Below are positions 8,605-19,032 of a stretch of 64,000 nucleotides of DNA, piece by piece (positions within the stretch are counted from its first letter, which is position 1; each line of letters opens with the position of its first letter). The DNA lies in contig JAHCIT010000005.1 in NCBI GenBank assembly GCA_026129095.1, positions 248,001-312,000 of the forward strand. The letters are read 5' to 3'. The translations under genes were made by a program, and so were the position numbers. The stretch is from Deltaproteobacteria bacterium (GTDB taxonomy: Bacteria; JAGRBM01; JAHCIT01). The notes beneath the pieces are model-generated. The model saw nothing but the letters and a program-made list of their open reading frames with translations. It ran no database searches and was not told where the DNA came from.

Positions 8605-9485
8605 CGCCCACCACCTTTGCGTGCCGTCCGCCGTTTCGGGGCGGATGACGCCTTGTTAACCTTCTTGCGCTGCATTGTACCCGCTGTTGCCGCAGACCCC
8701 AACTGGCGCGACCGCTCCGTGGCTGCCTTCACGGCAGCTATGAACGCAGACCGCATGCCGTGCCGTTCCAGCTCGGCGCATCCGGCAATGGTCGTCCCGC
8801 CAGGGGAAGTCACCTGATCCTTGAGCTGGGCCGGATGCCGGCCGGTCGCAATGACCATCCGGGCCGCGCCGAGAACGGTCTGCGCGGCCAGCTTCAAGGC
8901 AACATCGCGGGGAAGGCCCGCCAGCACGCCGCCATCGGAGAGTGCCTCGATCATCTCGAATACGTAGGCGGGGCCAGACCCGGAGAGACCGGTCACAGCG
9001 TCCAGATCGGATTCCTTTGCCACTTCCACCACTTCGCCCACGGCAGCTAGCCACTTGCGGATTCGTTCCCGCTCCGGAACAGCGACTTCAGAAAAACAGA
9101 TGCCGGACGCGCCCTCGCCCACCAGTGCCGGTGTATTGGGCATCACCCGGGCAATGCCTCCCGAAAACCAGGTGCGGAGCGTGGCGATGGTCGAACCCGC
9201 AAGTATCGAGATCACGGTCTTGCGCGCAAACCCCTTTGCATAGGCGGGCCCCGCCTCCGGCAAGGTCTGGGGCTTGACGGCGAGCAGCAGCACCTCGGCC
9301 CGGAACGAATCCGCCGGACGGCCACTCACCTGCACCTTGAGATCATGCCTGAGCTCATCGCGCCGCGTTGCCAATGGCTCAATAATGATGATCTCGGATG
9401 CCTTCAGCGTGCCGGCGCGAACAAGCCCGGATGCCAGGGCTCCGCCCATGGCTCCGCCGCCCGCTATGGCCAGTTTCAGTGACAC
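8601..9485 (-). CDS. proC: Pyrroline-5-carboxylate reductase
   Basis: GGGAMG, LAVKPQ, RVMPNTP, GLSGSGPAY, VTSPGGTT. Confidence 0.97.
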   Translation of the reverse strand: MSLKLAIAGGGAMGGALASGLVRAGTLKASEIIIIEPLATRRDELRHDLKVQVSGRPADSFRAEVLLLAVKPQTLPEAGPAYAKGFARKTVISILAGSTIATLRTWFSGGIARVMPNTPALVGEGASGICFSEVAVPERERIRKWLAAVGEVVEVAKESDLDAVTGLSGSGPAYVFEMIEALSDGGVLAGLPRDVALKLAAQTVLGAARMVIATGRHPAQLKDQVTSPGGTTIAGCAELERHGMRSAFIAAVKAATERSRQLGSAATAGTMQRKKVNKASSAPKRRTARKGGGR

Positions 9486-9631
9486 CTGACAGATCCTGCT
9501 TCCTTAGTATCCGGCACCTGCGGAGCACCGCTCCCCGCCATCAACAAGCCGATGGCGGATACACGGTACAGACGAGGGCCGTCACTGTCGTTCGTGGGTG
9601 GGGCAGAAGGAACCGAAGGACCGGAGGAAAC

Positions 9632-10336
9632 TCAGGCGGGTTCACGGTCCGGCCGGGAGCCAAAGATGGCGGTCCCGATCCGTATGTGCGTTGCGCCTTC
9701 AGCGATAGCCACCTGGTAGTCATCCGACATGCCCATTGAGAGCACCGGGGGACCGTCGCCAGCTGACATATTGAACCTTCCGGACAGTTCTTTCAAGCGA
9801 CGGAATACCGGGCGGGCCTCGTCCGGGCTTCCCCCAAGTGGCCCCATGCACATCAGTCCCCTCAGATCGACAGCCGCTTTCTGGCTTTGCGCCGCCTCCA
9901 TAAGTGCGGGCAGATCCGGCTCCCGTGCCCCGGTTTTGCCCGCATCGCCTGAAAGGTTCAGTTCGAGAAGTATGGGCTGGCGAATCTGCCGGCTTTCAGC
10001 GACGCGGGCAATTTCGTCTATGAGGCGTACCGAATCGACCGAGTGGATCAGTGCTGTCCGGCCCACCAGGTATTTCACCTTGTTCGTCTGCAGGTGGCCG
10101 ATGAAATGCCACCGCACCGGCGCATCCGCGAGTTCGTCCGCCTTTTTCCGCCACTCCTGAACGTAGCTTTCGCCGATATCGGACAGGCCGGCAGAAACCG
10201 CCTCCCGCACCGCCGATGCCGGATGGAACTTGGAAACGCCGATGAGCGTGATCTCCGACGGACTGCGCCCACAGGACCGGCAATGGGCGGCAATTTCCTC
10301 GCGGACAAGGGCAATGCGGCGGGCGATACCGGTCAC
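9632..10336 (-). CDS. yggS: PLP homeostasis protein YggS
   Basis: GVSK, GESYVQE, WHFIGHLQTNK, LSMGMSDD, RIGTAIFG; GTG start chosen just after maf. Confidence 0.95.
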   Translation of the reverse strand: MTGIARRIALVREEIAAHCRSCGRSPSEITLIGVSKFHPASAVREAVSAGLSDIGESYVQEWRKKADELADAPVRWHFIGHLQTNKVKYLVGRTALIHSVDSVRLIDEIARVAESRQIRQPILLELNLSGDAGKTGAREPDLPALMEAAQSQKAAVDLRGLMCMGPLGGSPDEARPVFRRLKELSGRFNMSAGDGPPVLSMGMSDDYQVAIAEGATHIRIGTAIFGSRPDREPA

Positions 10337-10349
10337 GGCTGCGCCGCCC

Positions 10350-10931
10350 TCACCCGGGAAGCACGCCAAATGCGGCGAGCATCCGGGCGGTCTCCGCCAT
10401 CGGCAGGCCAATGACATTGGTATAGGAGCCGCTGATCTTCTCTATGAGAAAGGCCCCGGCACCCTGGATTGCATAGCCTCCGGCCTTGTCCATCGGCTCT
10501 CCGGTCAGGACGTATTTTTCGATTACCGGACGGGAATGGCTGAAGAACCTCACCCGGGTCCGGACGGAGCGGACTTTTTCCCTGACGCCGTCCGTGACGG
10601 CGATGGCAGTAAAAACCTCATGCTCGCAGCCCGAAAGCTGGCGCAGCAGACGGACCGCGTGGTCATTGGAGGCCGGCTTTCCCAGAATCTGCCCGTCCAG
10701 AACGACCGTGGTGTCTGCAGCAAGCACCACATGGCCTGTTGCGTTGTATTTCGCGATCACCGCCCTTGCCTTCTCACGGGCAAGGCGCCTCACCATGTCC
10801 ACCGGAGTTTCCGTGCGACGAAAAGTTTCGTCAATGGCAGGAACGAGAACCCGGAACCGGTAACCGGCTCCCGACAGCAGTTCCCGGCGGCGGGGAGACG
10901 AGGAAGCGAGGAGAAACAGCGGCGATTTCAA
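10350..10931 (-). CDS. maf: Maf nucleotide pyrophosphatase
   Basis: LASSSPRRRELL, ADTTV, ILGKP, DKAGGYAIQG, NVIGLP. Confidence 0.95.
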   Translation of the reverse strand: MKSPLFLLASSSPRRRELLSGAGYRFRVLVPAIDETFRRTETPVDMVRRLAREKARAVIAKYNATGHVVLAADTTVVLDGQILGKPASNDHAVRLLRQLSGCEHEVFTAIAVTDGVREKVRSVRTRVRFFSHSRPVIEKYVLTGEPMDKAGGYAIQGAGAFLIEKISGSYTNVIGLPMAETARMLAAFGVLPG

Positions 10932-10934
10932 GCG

Positions 10935-12116
10935 TCAGGGTCCTTTCCGCCTGGTGGCCACCGCAATGGCCTCCAGAAACCGGTCCGTATCATAGGGCTT
11001 CATCATCCGGATCACGCCATCGTCGGCAGTGCTGCCGGTAACATCGTCACCCGTGATGAGAATCGCCGGGAAAGCCGGCTGTTCCTTGCGCACGATCGAG
11101 ATTACCTCCGTGCCCGTGAGCCCAGGCATGTTTTCATCCACAATGATGAGGTCGAAACTCCCGGCTTGCGACTGGAATATCTGTACCGTTTCAAGTCCGT
11201 CGCGGGCGAGGGTCACCTTGTGGCCGAACTTTTCCAGCAACCGGGAACCAAGGAGACGGTTGGGTTCATCGTCGTCGGCCAGGAGGATTCGTACCGGGCC
11301 GCCCGGCGCCTTCAGCGGGGCTGATCCAGCGGGTGCGGCCGGGGCGGTTTCACCCGAAGCCGCAACCAGCGGCAGCTCAATATGAAAAGTTGCGCCTCGC
11401 AGGGGTTGCCGGGGCGCAAGCCTGAGCCGCCCGTTCTGGTCATGGGCGAGACGCCAGGCATGGCTGAGACCGGGACCGGATATCTTCCCGCCGGTCCGGG
11501 CCGAATAAAAGGGATCGAATATCCGGGGGCGGTCGGCTGCAGGGATGGCGGGGCCGGTATCAGTCACAGCGATTCGCACAACTCCGGAACCGGCCGGCTG
11601 CTCCAGGGAGAAGACTATTTTTCCTTCTCCCCCCATCGCCTCCGCGGCACTCAATGCCAGTTCCGAGAGCATTTGTACAAACAGCAGTTCATCCACCCGG
11701 ACACCCGCGACGCCAGGACTTTCCGTGGCCATCACGGTATCAACCGTCACCTTCGGGGGCATCCGTTTCCGGACGGCGGTGGTGGCGCTCTCCAGCAGTG
11801 TCCATGCATCCAGGGCCCGAAACTGCGGCCTCACCGGCCGGGAAAAGCCGGTCAGCGCAGCGGTGAGCTCCGCTCCACGTCGTGTGGACTGGTCGATCAG
11901 ATTGACCAGTTCCGCGGCGTCTGGCGGCAGGCCGCCCTGGATTTTCAGAAGCGCCGCCGTGTTCATGATGCTGTTGATGACGTTGTTGAACTCATGGGCA
12001 AGCCGCCCCGCAAATGCGCCAAGGGCGTCAAGACGGGCATCCAGATCGCCGGCTTCCTCCGGGCAGTCCGGTCCGCTTCCCATTCCCACCGGCGGATCTT
12101 TTTCATCGGCACTCAT
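10935..12116 (-). CDS. Hybrid histidine kinase/response regulator without an obvious sensor domain
   Basis: H-box LAHEFNN, degenerate HATPase (DTGP, IFDPFY, GPGL), C-terminal receiver (LADDD, IVD, KPY). Confidence 0.85.
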   Translation of the reverse strand: MSADEKDPPVGMGSGPDCPEEAGDLDARLDALGAFAGRLAHEFNNVINSIMNTAALLKIQGGLPPDAAELVNLIDQSTRRGAELTAALTGFSRPVRPQFRALDAWTLLESATTAVRKRMPPKVTVDTVMATESPGVAGVRVDELLFVQMLSELALSAAEAMGGEGKIVFSLEQPAGSGVVRIAVTDTGPAIPAADRPRIFDPFYSARTGGKISGPGLSHAWRLAHDQNGRLRLAPRQPLRGATFHIELPLVAASGETAPAAPAGSAPLKAPGGPVRILLADDDEPNRLLGSRLLEKFGHKVTLARDGLETVQIFQSQAGSFDLIIVDENMPGLTGTEVISIVRKEQPAFPAILITGDDVTGSTADDGVIRMMKPYDTDRFLEAIAVATRRKGP

Positions 12117-12153
12117 GGCGAACTTCCCGCTTTTCTTCTCTATACTGCCGCCC

Positions 12154-13953
12154 ATGTGGACTGTTCAACCGGGCTGGCCCCGCCGCCTGTTCGCCCTGAT
12201 ATCTCTCGCCCTCACCTTCCTGCCGTTTGCCGGATGCAAACCGGCACCGGTAGCGGCCCCGCGGTCCGAGCCCGCTGCCGCGCAGGCAGCCTCTGACGAA
12301 GGGGAAACCTGGCTTCTCGACCGCGAGACCTACCCGGCCGTTCTTGCCGCCATGCGGCAGGAACTGGACCGCTCGCGCACCCAGCTCAAGGCGAAGGATT
12401 TTCCGGCTCCGTACTTCACTGCCTACCGGATCAACGATCTCCGGCAGGTAAATATCGCCGGACGCGCCGGTGGCCTGCATACCGACAGCTCGACCCGTCA
12501 GCGCGGACTTTATACGGAGGTCCGCGTGGGGGACTATGGCTTCGACAACACCGGAGGCAGCCGGTACCAGTCGGGCGGCGGTTTCGGTTTCATGGGCTGG
12601 AGCCGCCCGCCGCTCCTGTCACTGGACGCCGACGTACAGGCGATCCGTTTCGACCTGTGGTCAGGAACCGACCAGGCATACAAACAGGCCGTCTCGCAGT
12701 TCTTCCAGCGGCGGGCGAGTCATGTCAGCCGGGTGGACCGGTACAAAACGGGGAGTTTCGCCCGTGCCCAGCCGGTGCAGTTCGAGGGCGAACCGGTGCG
12801 GTTCGATCCGGACGCCGCCCGCTGGCGGGACCGGGTACGGCGGCTGTCGGCCAGGCTGCGGGAGACGCCCGAAGTACTGGACGCCGACGTACGGTACACG
12901 GCCTATGGCGTTGAGCGTTATTTCGTGAACAGCGAGGGAACGGCCATCGCCGAGGCCTTCACCAACTATTCCATTTTCATCATCGCCCAGGGACGTGCCG
13001 ACGACGGCCAGCAGGTGGAAACCGTTCGGCCCTACTACGGACGCACACAGGAAGATCTGCCTTCATTCGATCAGCTTCTCAAGGATGTGGAATCAGCCGC
13101 CCAGGAACTTGTGCAGATACGTAACGCCCCGGTCCAGACGCCCTATACGGGTCCGGTCATTCTCTCTCCATCGGCGGCGGGCGTCTATTTCCATGAGGCG
13201 GTCGGGCACCGGCTCGAGGGAGAACGCCAGGATGATGATGAGGGCGGCCAGACGTTCGCCGACAAGCTGGACATGGAAATCATTCCCACGTTCATCGATG
13301 TTTTTGACGATCCCACCCAGGACCGGGAGAGCGGCATCACGCTCAACGGCCATTACCGTTATGACGATGAAGGGGTTCCCGCACAACGGGTCGAGCTGGT
13401 GCGATCCGGGGTTCTGAAGGATTTTCTCCTGTCGCGATCGCCCATCCGCAATCGTGACCGGTCGAACGGGCACGGCCGGGCCGGCGTCTTTTCGGCACCG
13501 ATGGCACGCATGGGGAACCTCATCGTCCGCTCCAGCCACACGCTGCCCAAGGACAGGCTGTTCGAGGAGCTCCGAGCCGAGGCCACGCGGCAGGGCAAGC
13601 CTTATGGTCTCTATGTCGAGGAGGTGGACGGCGGCGAGACGAACACGAGCCGCTGGGGGGTCCAGTCGTTCAAAGGGGTCGCCCGCAAGCTCTACCAGGT
13701 GGACGCCGCCACCGGGAAACTCACCCTCGTACGGGGGGCCGATATCGTCGGCACACCGCTGGCATCCATCCGCAAGATCACCGTCACCGGTGATGACTAC
13801 CATGTGTTCAACGGCTTCTGCGGGGCCGAAAGCGGCTATATCCCCGTCGCGGCCGTGGCACCGAGCGTGCTGGTGACGGAAGTCGAGCTCCAGCGCCGGA
13901 GCGAGGAGCCGCTCACCCAGCCAATCCTGAAACCACCCACGGTCACGCGCTGA
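12154..13953 (+). CDS. tldD: TldD/PmbA family metalloprotease with a lipoprotein-like signal
   Basis: FHEAVGHRLE, YDDEGVP, SNGHGR, RMGNL, GFCG; N-terminal FAG-C. Confidence 0.88.
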   Translation: MWTVQPGWPRRLFALISLALTFLPFAGCKPAPVAAPRSEPAAAQAASDEGETWLLDRETYPAVLAAMRQELDRSRTQLKAKDFPAPYFTAYRINDLRQVNIAGRAGGLHTDSSTRQRGLYTEVRVGDYGFDNTGGSRYQSGGGFGFMGWSRPPLLSLDADVQAIRFDLWSGTDQAYKQAVSQFFQRRASHVSRVDRYKTGSFARAQPVQFEGEPVRFDPDAARWRDRVRRLSARLRETPEVLDADVRYTAYGVERYFVNSEGTAIAEAFTNYSIFIIAQGRADDGQQVETVRPYYGRTQEDLPSFDQLLKDVESAAQELVQIRNAPVQTPYTGPVILSPSAAGVYFHEAVGHRLEGERQDDDEGGQTFADKLDMEIIPTFIDVFDDPTQDRESGITLNGHYRYDDEGVPAQRVELVRSGVLKDFLLSRSPIRNRDRSNGHGRAGVFSAPMARMGNLIVRSSHTLPKDRLFEELRAEATRQGKPYGLYVEEVDGGETNTSRWGVQSFKGVARKLYQVDAATGKLTLVRGADIVGTPLASIRKITVTGDDYHVFNGFCGAESGYIPVAAVAPSVLVTEVELQRRSEEPLTQPILKPPTVTR

Positions 13954-13958
13954 TTCCA

Positions 13959-14141
13959 ATGCGATTCTGGGCCGGCAAGCTGATTGAGGTGTTCGGGATC
14001 GGGCTGGTGGGGTTCGGTCTTGTGCAGGGCTTTTTCGAGCGCGACATGTACACCGAGCTCGGAATGCTGATCGCCGGGGGGACCGTGTTTTACATCGGCT
14101 ACATCATCGAAGGCGGCGGCAGGGGAAACTCCGCGGGATGA
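13959..14141 (+). CDS. Small two-TM membrane protein
   Basis: 60 aa hydrophobic ORF between tldD and glnE, overlapping the glnE start. Confidence 0.6.
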   Translation: MRFWAGKLIEVFGIGLVGFGLVQGFFERDMYTELGMLIAGGTVFYIGYIIEGGGRGNSAG

Positions 14142-16924
14142 GCCGTGCCGAAACAGTCGCTGGGTTTTCCCCCCGTTACGGGCGGTGGGCCGAATCGAAC
14201 ACGGAACGGGCCGCCAGCATCGCCGCCGATCCGCCTGCAGTAACGCCGGAATATCTCGAAACCCGTTTCGCCGGGATGAGCGGCGGACCATCGAACTCCC
14301 GGGACGATTTCTGCCGTAACCTTCGCACCCTCAAATACGAGGCGATGTATTCCATCTGCGTGCAGGACTTCTGCGGTCTGGTGACGCTTGGGGACTACTC
14401 CAGAATCCTCGCCCAGATCACCGCCACCGGAGAGTTTGCCGTCGATGCCGCGACACGCTGGGCACTGGCGGAAGCGGAACGGCAATGGGGCCCGCCCGTC
14501 TATCCCGGTTTCGACGGGAAATCCGCCACGGCGCAGTTCGCCGTACTTGGCCTGGGAAAACTTGGCGCCGGCGAACTCAACTTCAGCTCCGACGTGGATC
14601 TCATCTTTCTCCACTCGACCGTGACCGGCGAACCGGAAAAGGGTGCAACGGCGCTGCCACCGGCCGACTACTTCAGCCGTGTGGGGCAGATGCTGTCACG
14701 GGCGCTTTCGGACCGGACCGGCGACGGTTTTGTATTCCGCGTGGACCTCAATCTGCGGCCCGAGGGCAAGGCTGGCCCGCTGGTGCTGCCGCTTGAGGCG
14801 ATGGCGAACTACTACGAGATGTTCGCGGCCGCCTGGGAGAAATCGGCGCTCGCCAAGGCCCGGCCCGTGGGCGGCAGCCGTGCACTGGGCGGACTGTTCC
14901 TGAAGCAGATGGAGCCGGTGATCTACCGGCGCTATCTGGATTTCGCGGCGGTGAGTTCGATCAGGTCCATGAAGGGACTGATCGAGGACCGGGAGAGCCA
15001 GAAAAAGCAGGGGACCATTTCCGTCAAGCTGGGCGAGGGCGGCATACGCGATCTCGAGTTTTTCGTGCAGGCGCTGTGCCTGCTTTACGGCGGGAAGATC
15101 CCTGACCTGCGCACCCGCTCGGCAATAGAGGGATTACGGCAGCTCCGGCTGAACCGGCTCCTGAGCCAGGTGGAACACGACCGGCTGCTGGAGGCGTATT
15201 TGTTCCTCCGGCGCACGGAAAACCATATCCAGATGGCCGAGGAAGAGCAGGCCTATGACCTCCCCGCCCATCCGGAAGCGCTGGAGAACCTCGCCCGGTC
15301 GATGGGATTCACTGGTGGCGCCACTGCCGCCACGGAGCCGTTCCTGGAAGAACTCACCGACCACATGAAGACGGTCCGGCAGAGCTTCGACGCATTTTTC
15401 TCCGAAAGCAGGGACAGCCGGATCGGACAGCGGCTCCGTTCCCAGTTCAACCTGGCAGCGCTGTCCAGGGACATCGAGGAACAGCTTGACGCCATTGCGC
15501 GCCGCCTAGAGGGCGAAATCAGCCGTACTGCCGACGCCGAGATGGCCCATACGAACCTTGAGCTTCTCATGGATACCATAGGCCGGAGGATGAGCTTCTG
15601 GGGGACGCTCCTGGACAATCCCGCCCTGTGCGAACGGCTGGTATCGGTACTGGGCTCCAGCGATTTCCTGTCGAAAATCCTGGTTCGCAACTGGCGCATG
15701 CTGGACCGGATACTGTCCGCGGATTCGGCCGACGCATCGGCTTCGATCGGGACACTGCGCGAATCGTTCGCCGGCATCCGTGCAGGGTGCGCACCGGATG
15801 CAGGTGCAACGGAAGTGGCCGAAGAGGAGATCAACTGTCTCCGCACCTTCCGGAACCTGCATACGCTGGAGGTCGGCTTGCTGGATCTGGCGGGCGACAT
15901 CGACACGCCCGAGGCCTCCCGGCGGCTGACATGGATCGCACGGGTTTGCCTCGAAGAGGCACTGAAACTGGCCCTTAAGGATTCCCTCCACCGGCATGGC
16001 GAACCTGTCGACGAGGAAACCGGCAAGCCCGCCCGGTTCGCCATCATCGGGATGGGGAAGCTCGGCGCCGGAGAGATGAGCTACGGGTCGGACCTCGACG
16101 TGATCTTCCTTTTTTCCGGTGCCGGGGAAACCCGGACCACCCGCGAGGGGCAGAAGCAGCTGGCCAACATCGAGTTCTTCATACGTGTGGCGCAACGGCT
16201 CATTTCGTACCTGACAGTGAAGACGGCCGAGGGCTCCTGTTACGAAGTGGATGCCCGCCTGCGGCCCTCCGGCAACGCGGGGCTTCTGGTGACGAGTTTC
16301 CGCCAGTTCTGCACCTACCACGAAAAGAGCGCCCAGACCTGGGAAAAGCAGGCGCTCCTTAAGGGCCGGTTCGCCGCCGGTGACGAGCCGTTCGGGTCAG
16401 AAATCGAAAAGGCCATCCGCCACATACTCATAGAGGCGCCTACAGGCAGTATCGCTTCCGAGATAGCCCATTTGCGGTCACGGATGGAAAAGGAACTCGC
16501 AAAAGAGGACATTCGCCACAAGAACCCCAAGACGGGCAGAGGCGGAATCGTCGATATCGAATACACGGTGCAGTATCTCCAGCTCCGGCACTTCCGGCAG
16601 CACCCGGACCGGCTCTGGCTGGCCTCCACGCTGGACGCGATCCGCGAGCTGAACGGACTGAAACTTCTGCCTGACGAAGACGCTCAAGTGCTTCTGGACG
16701 GTTACACATTCATCCAGAGGCTGAGCAGCCGCATGCGGATCGTGCAGGACCGGCCGATGAAGGACATAGATCTGGAACCCACCGAACTCGACGCCCTCGC
16801 CTACCGGATGGGCTACTCGGGTGGAGGCCGCACAGAAGCCCGCCGCCGTCTCATGGATGACTACCGGCGCCATACCGAGGCGGTACGTGACGTCTATCTC
16901 CGTACGCTCGGTATCCGGGAGTAG
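14138..16924 (+). CDS. glnE: Glutamine synthetase adenylyltransferase/adenylyl-removing enzyme
   Basis: Two NTase domains: GKLGAGELNFSSDVDLIF and GKLGAGEMSYGSDLDVIF; DLNLRPEG and DARLRPSG. Confidence 0.96.
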   Translation: MSRAETVAGFSPRYGRWAESNTERAASIAADPPAVTPEYLETRFAGMSGGPSNSRDDFCRNLRTLKYEAMYSICVQDFCGLVTLGDYSRILAQITATGEFAVDAATRWALAEAERQWGPPVYPGFDGKSATAQFAVLGLGKLGAGELNFSSDVDLIFLHSTVTGEPEKGATALPPADYFSRVGQMLSRALSDRTGDGFVFRVDLNLRPEGKAGPLVLPLEAMANYYEMFAAAWEKSALAKARPVGGSRALGGLFLKQMEPVIYRRYLDFAAVSSIRSMKGLIEDRESQKKQGTISVKLGEGGIRDLEFFVQALCLLYGGKIPDLRTRSAIEGLRQLRLNRLLSQVEHDRLLEAYLFLRRTENHIQMAEEEQAYDLPAHPEALENLARSMGFTGGATAATEPFLEELTDHMKTVRQSFDAFFSESRDSRIGQRLRSQFNLAALSRDIEEQLDAIARRLEGEISRTADAEMAHTNLELLMDTIGRRMSFWGTLLDNPALCERLVSVLGSSDFLSKILVRNWRMLDRILSADSADASASIGTLRESFAGIRAGCAPDAGATEVAEEEINCLRTFRNLHTLEVGLLDLAGDIDTPEASRRLTWIARVCLEEALKLALKDSLHRHGEPVDEETGKPARFAIIGMGKLGAGEMSYGSDLDVIFLFSGAGETRTTREGQKQLANIEFFIRVAQRLISYLTVKTAEGSCYEVDARLRPSGNAGLLVTSFRQFCTYHEKSAQTWEKQALLKGRFAAGDEPFGSEIEKAIRHILIEAPTGSIASEIAHLRSRMEKELAKEDIRHKNPKTGRGGIVDIEYTVQYLQLRHFRQHPDRLWLASTLDAIRELNGLKLLPDEDAQVLLDGYTFIQRLSSRMRIVQDRPMKDIDLEPTELDALAYRMGYSGGGRTEARRRLMDDYRRHTEAVRDVYLRTLGIRE

Positions 16925-16986
16925 CGGCTCCCCCCCTTGCCCCATCCGCCACGAATGGCCATGTAGTCAGCGGAGGTTTTCCATCC

Positions 16987-17568
16987 ATGATGAAAAGGAT
17001 TTCACTGCTCGCGGCAACGCTGGTCCTCCTGACCGGCTGCGGCACCTACAACGATATTGTCGCCAGGGACGAAGGTGTAACAAAGGCGGCTGCTGACGTG
17101 GAAGCCCAGCTCCAGCGGCGAAGCGATCTCGTGCCCGGACTGATCGCCTCCGTGCAGAAGGTTGCCGACCAGGAAAAGGACGTCCTTACCGCTGTCACCG
17201 AAGCCCGGGCGAGGGCCTCCCAGATGCAGTTCTCCGGCGACGTGCTGACCGATCCGAATGCCATGAAGGCGTTCCGCGAGAATGTGGCGGCCCTGCGCGG
17301 CGCACTCTCCCGCCTCCTCGTCACAGTCGAAAAGTATCCCGATCTCAAGTCGAGCGAGGCATTCATGAGCTTCAATGCGCAGCTGGAGGGAACCGAGAAC
17401 CGCATCGCCGTTGCCCGCACCCGGTACAACGAGGCGGTTGCCGCGTACAATACCCGTATCCGCCAGATACCGGGCAACCTTTTGGCAGGGTGGTTCGACT
17501 TCAAGCCCAAGGTGGCCTTCGAAGCGGATGAGGCTGCAAAAACCGCCCCCAAGGTGGAGTTCCGGTAG
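16987..17568 (+). CDS. lemA: LemA family protein
   Basis: QRRSDLVP, EKYPDLKS, LEGTENRIAVARTRYN. Confidence 0.95.
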   Translation: MMKRISLLAATLVLLTGCGTYNDIVARDEGVTKAAADVEAQLQRRSDLVPGLIASVQKVADQEKDVLTAVTEARARASQMQFSGDVLTDPNAMKAFRENVAALRGALSRLLVTVEKYPDLKSSEAFMSFNAQLEGTENRIAVARTRYNEAVAAYNTRIRQIPGNLLAGWFDFKPKVAFEADEAAKTAPKVEFR

Positions 17569-17577
17569 CAGGCGCCG

Positions 17578-18315
17578 GTGAAGATCTTGCGACCGGGCTG
17601 GTTCATTGCCGCACTGCTGGCGGGCATTCCTGCTTCCGCCCTGGCCCGGTTCGAACCGCCGCCCCCTCCGAAAACGTATGTCCATGACGGCGCAAAAATG
17701 CTCGATGACGGGACACGTACCCGCATCGAATCGCTCCTGGAGGAGCTGAACCAGCGTCGGAAGATCCAGTTCGTCGTGGCAACCTTTCCGTCGCTCGCGG
17801 GAGACTCCCTGGAGGAAGCAAGCCTCCGCACCGCGGAGAACTGGAAAATCGGGCACAAGGGAGTTGATTCGGGACTCCTGCTCGTCATTTTCCGCGACGA
17901 CCGGCAGTTGCGGTTTGAAACGGGCTACGGCCTTGAGGGTGTCTTTACCGATTTTGCCGCCGACCAGATCATCCGCAAGGTGATCGTGCCGAGATTCCGC
18001 GAAGGCGATTTCTCCGGTGGCATCAGCGCCGGAGTCCATGCCGCTGCCGATGTGCTCATCACGGGCAAGGTGGATTTCGGACCTGACGAACGGGATACGG
18101 CCGGCAGTCCGGCTGCCATCGACACCATCATTTCGCTGCTGATCATGGGGTTCATCCTGTGGAGCATTTTCGCCGCTCCGCGCCGCCGCTATCCGTATTA
18201 CGGGGGCGGCTTCGGGAGAGGCGGCGGCTTCGGGGGTGGTTTTGGCGGGGGCGGAGGCGGATTTGGCGGCGGGGGCGGTGGTTTCGGTGGAGGCGGCGCC
18301 AGTGGCCGCTGGTAG
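17578..18315 (+). CDS. TPM domain protein (YgcG-like)
   Basis: WKIGHKGVDSG, ETGYGLEG, Gly-rich tail ending GGGGASGRW. Confidence 0.92.
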   Translation: MKILRPGWFIAALLAGIPASALARFEPPPPPKTYVHDGAKMLDDGTRTRIESLLEELNQRRKIQFVVATFPSLAGDSLEEASLRTAENWKIGHKGVDSGLLLVIFRDDRQLRFETGYGLEGVFTDFAADQIIRKVIVPRFREGDFSGGISAGVHAAADVLITGKVDFGPDERDTAGSPAAIDTIISLLIMGFILWSIFAAPRRRYPYYGGGFGRGGGFGGGFGGGGGGFGGGGGGFGGGGASGRW

Positions 18316-18324
18316 GAAACAGTC

Positions 18325-19032
18325 GTGAACGAACTGCTCGACATGATGGTTCAGACAGACCGCCCGACAGCAGCCGGGATCATTCTGCTCGCGGCACTGC
18401 TTGTCCAGCCGGTCTGGTTCGCCGCTGAAAGGCTCCGTGACCGGCCCCTGTGGCAGCGGCTCGGCATGGGAATCGCCATCGCCGGTACAGCCGCAGGTCT
18501 GATCTGGATTCCCGGAGCCGGGTTCTATTCACTCGGACCGCTCATGGCGCTGAACCTTTACCTCTGGCTCAGGCACCGCCGCTACGAAAAGGAATCCCGG
18601 GCCATCGAGGAGGAAATCGAGAAGGGGTTCCTGAGCCGGTCCGGCCGCGAGGACATCGAGGCGATGATCCGGGATGTGGAAAAGGCCTCCAGCGCCGAAC
18701 TGCGCGTGCTGGTGGAACTGGATCATGAAGGCGATCCGGCAGAACGCGCCCGCGATCTCTACCACCGGCTTGGAATGGACCGGACCCGCGACGGGACCGG
18801 TGTCCTGTTCTATTTCGAGGTCCGCCAGCGGCGGTTCGCCATCTGGGGATCGCTGCCGGACTCACTGGCCGCCCGTGCCGTGCAGCTCGGTGAGGAGGCA
18901 TTCCGTCAGGAACGGTTTGCCGACGGGATCGTTTCCATGATCGGCGAACTGCTGGACCATCTGGCGAAACAGTTTCCACCGCGGGCGGACAATTTCAACG
19001 AACTGCCGGACCATGTGATCGTGATACGCTAG
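18325..19032 (+). CDS. Membrane protein with C-terminal TPM domain
   Basis: Three TM segments, then SSAELRV, TRDGTGVLFY, NELPD. Confidence 0.82.
   Translation: MNELLDMMVQTDRPTAAGIILLAALLVQPVWFAAERLRDRPLWQRLGMGIAIAGTAAGLIWIPGAGFYSLGPLMALNLYLWLRHRRYEKESRAIEEEIEKGFLSRSGREDIEAMIRDVEKASSAELRVLVELDHEGDPAERARDLYHRLGMDRTRDGTGVLFYFEVRQRRFAIWGSLPDSLAARAVQLGEEAFRQERFADGIVSMIGELLDHLAKQFPPRADNFNELPDHVIVIR

Noticed and set aside
11545-12153. Long N-terminal extension of the 802 aa TldD ORF
   Set aside because: Lies antisense to the histidine kinase; a signal-peptide-bearing start exists at 12154.
18200-18312. Low-complexity GGC-rich repeat
   Set aside because: Ordinary Gly-rich tail of TPM/YgcG proteins.
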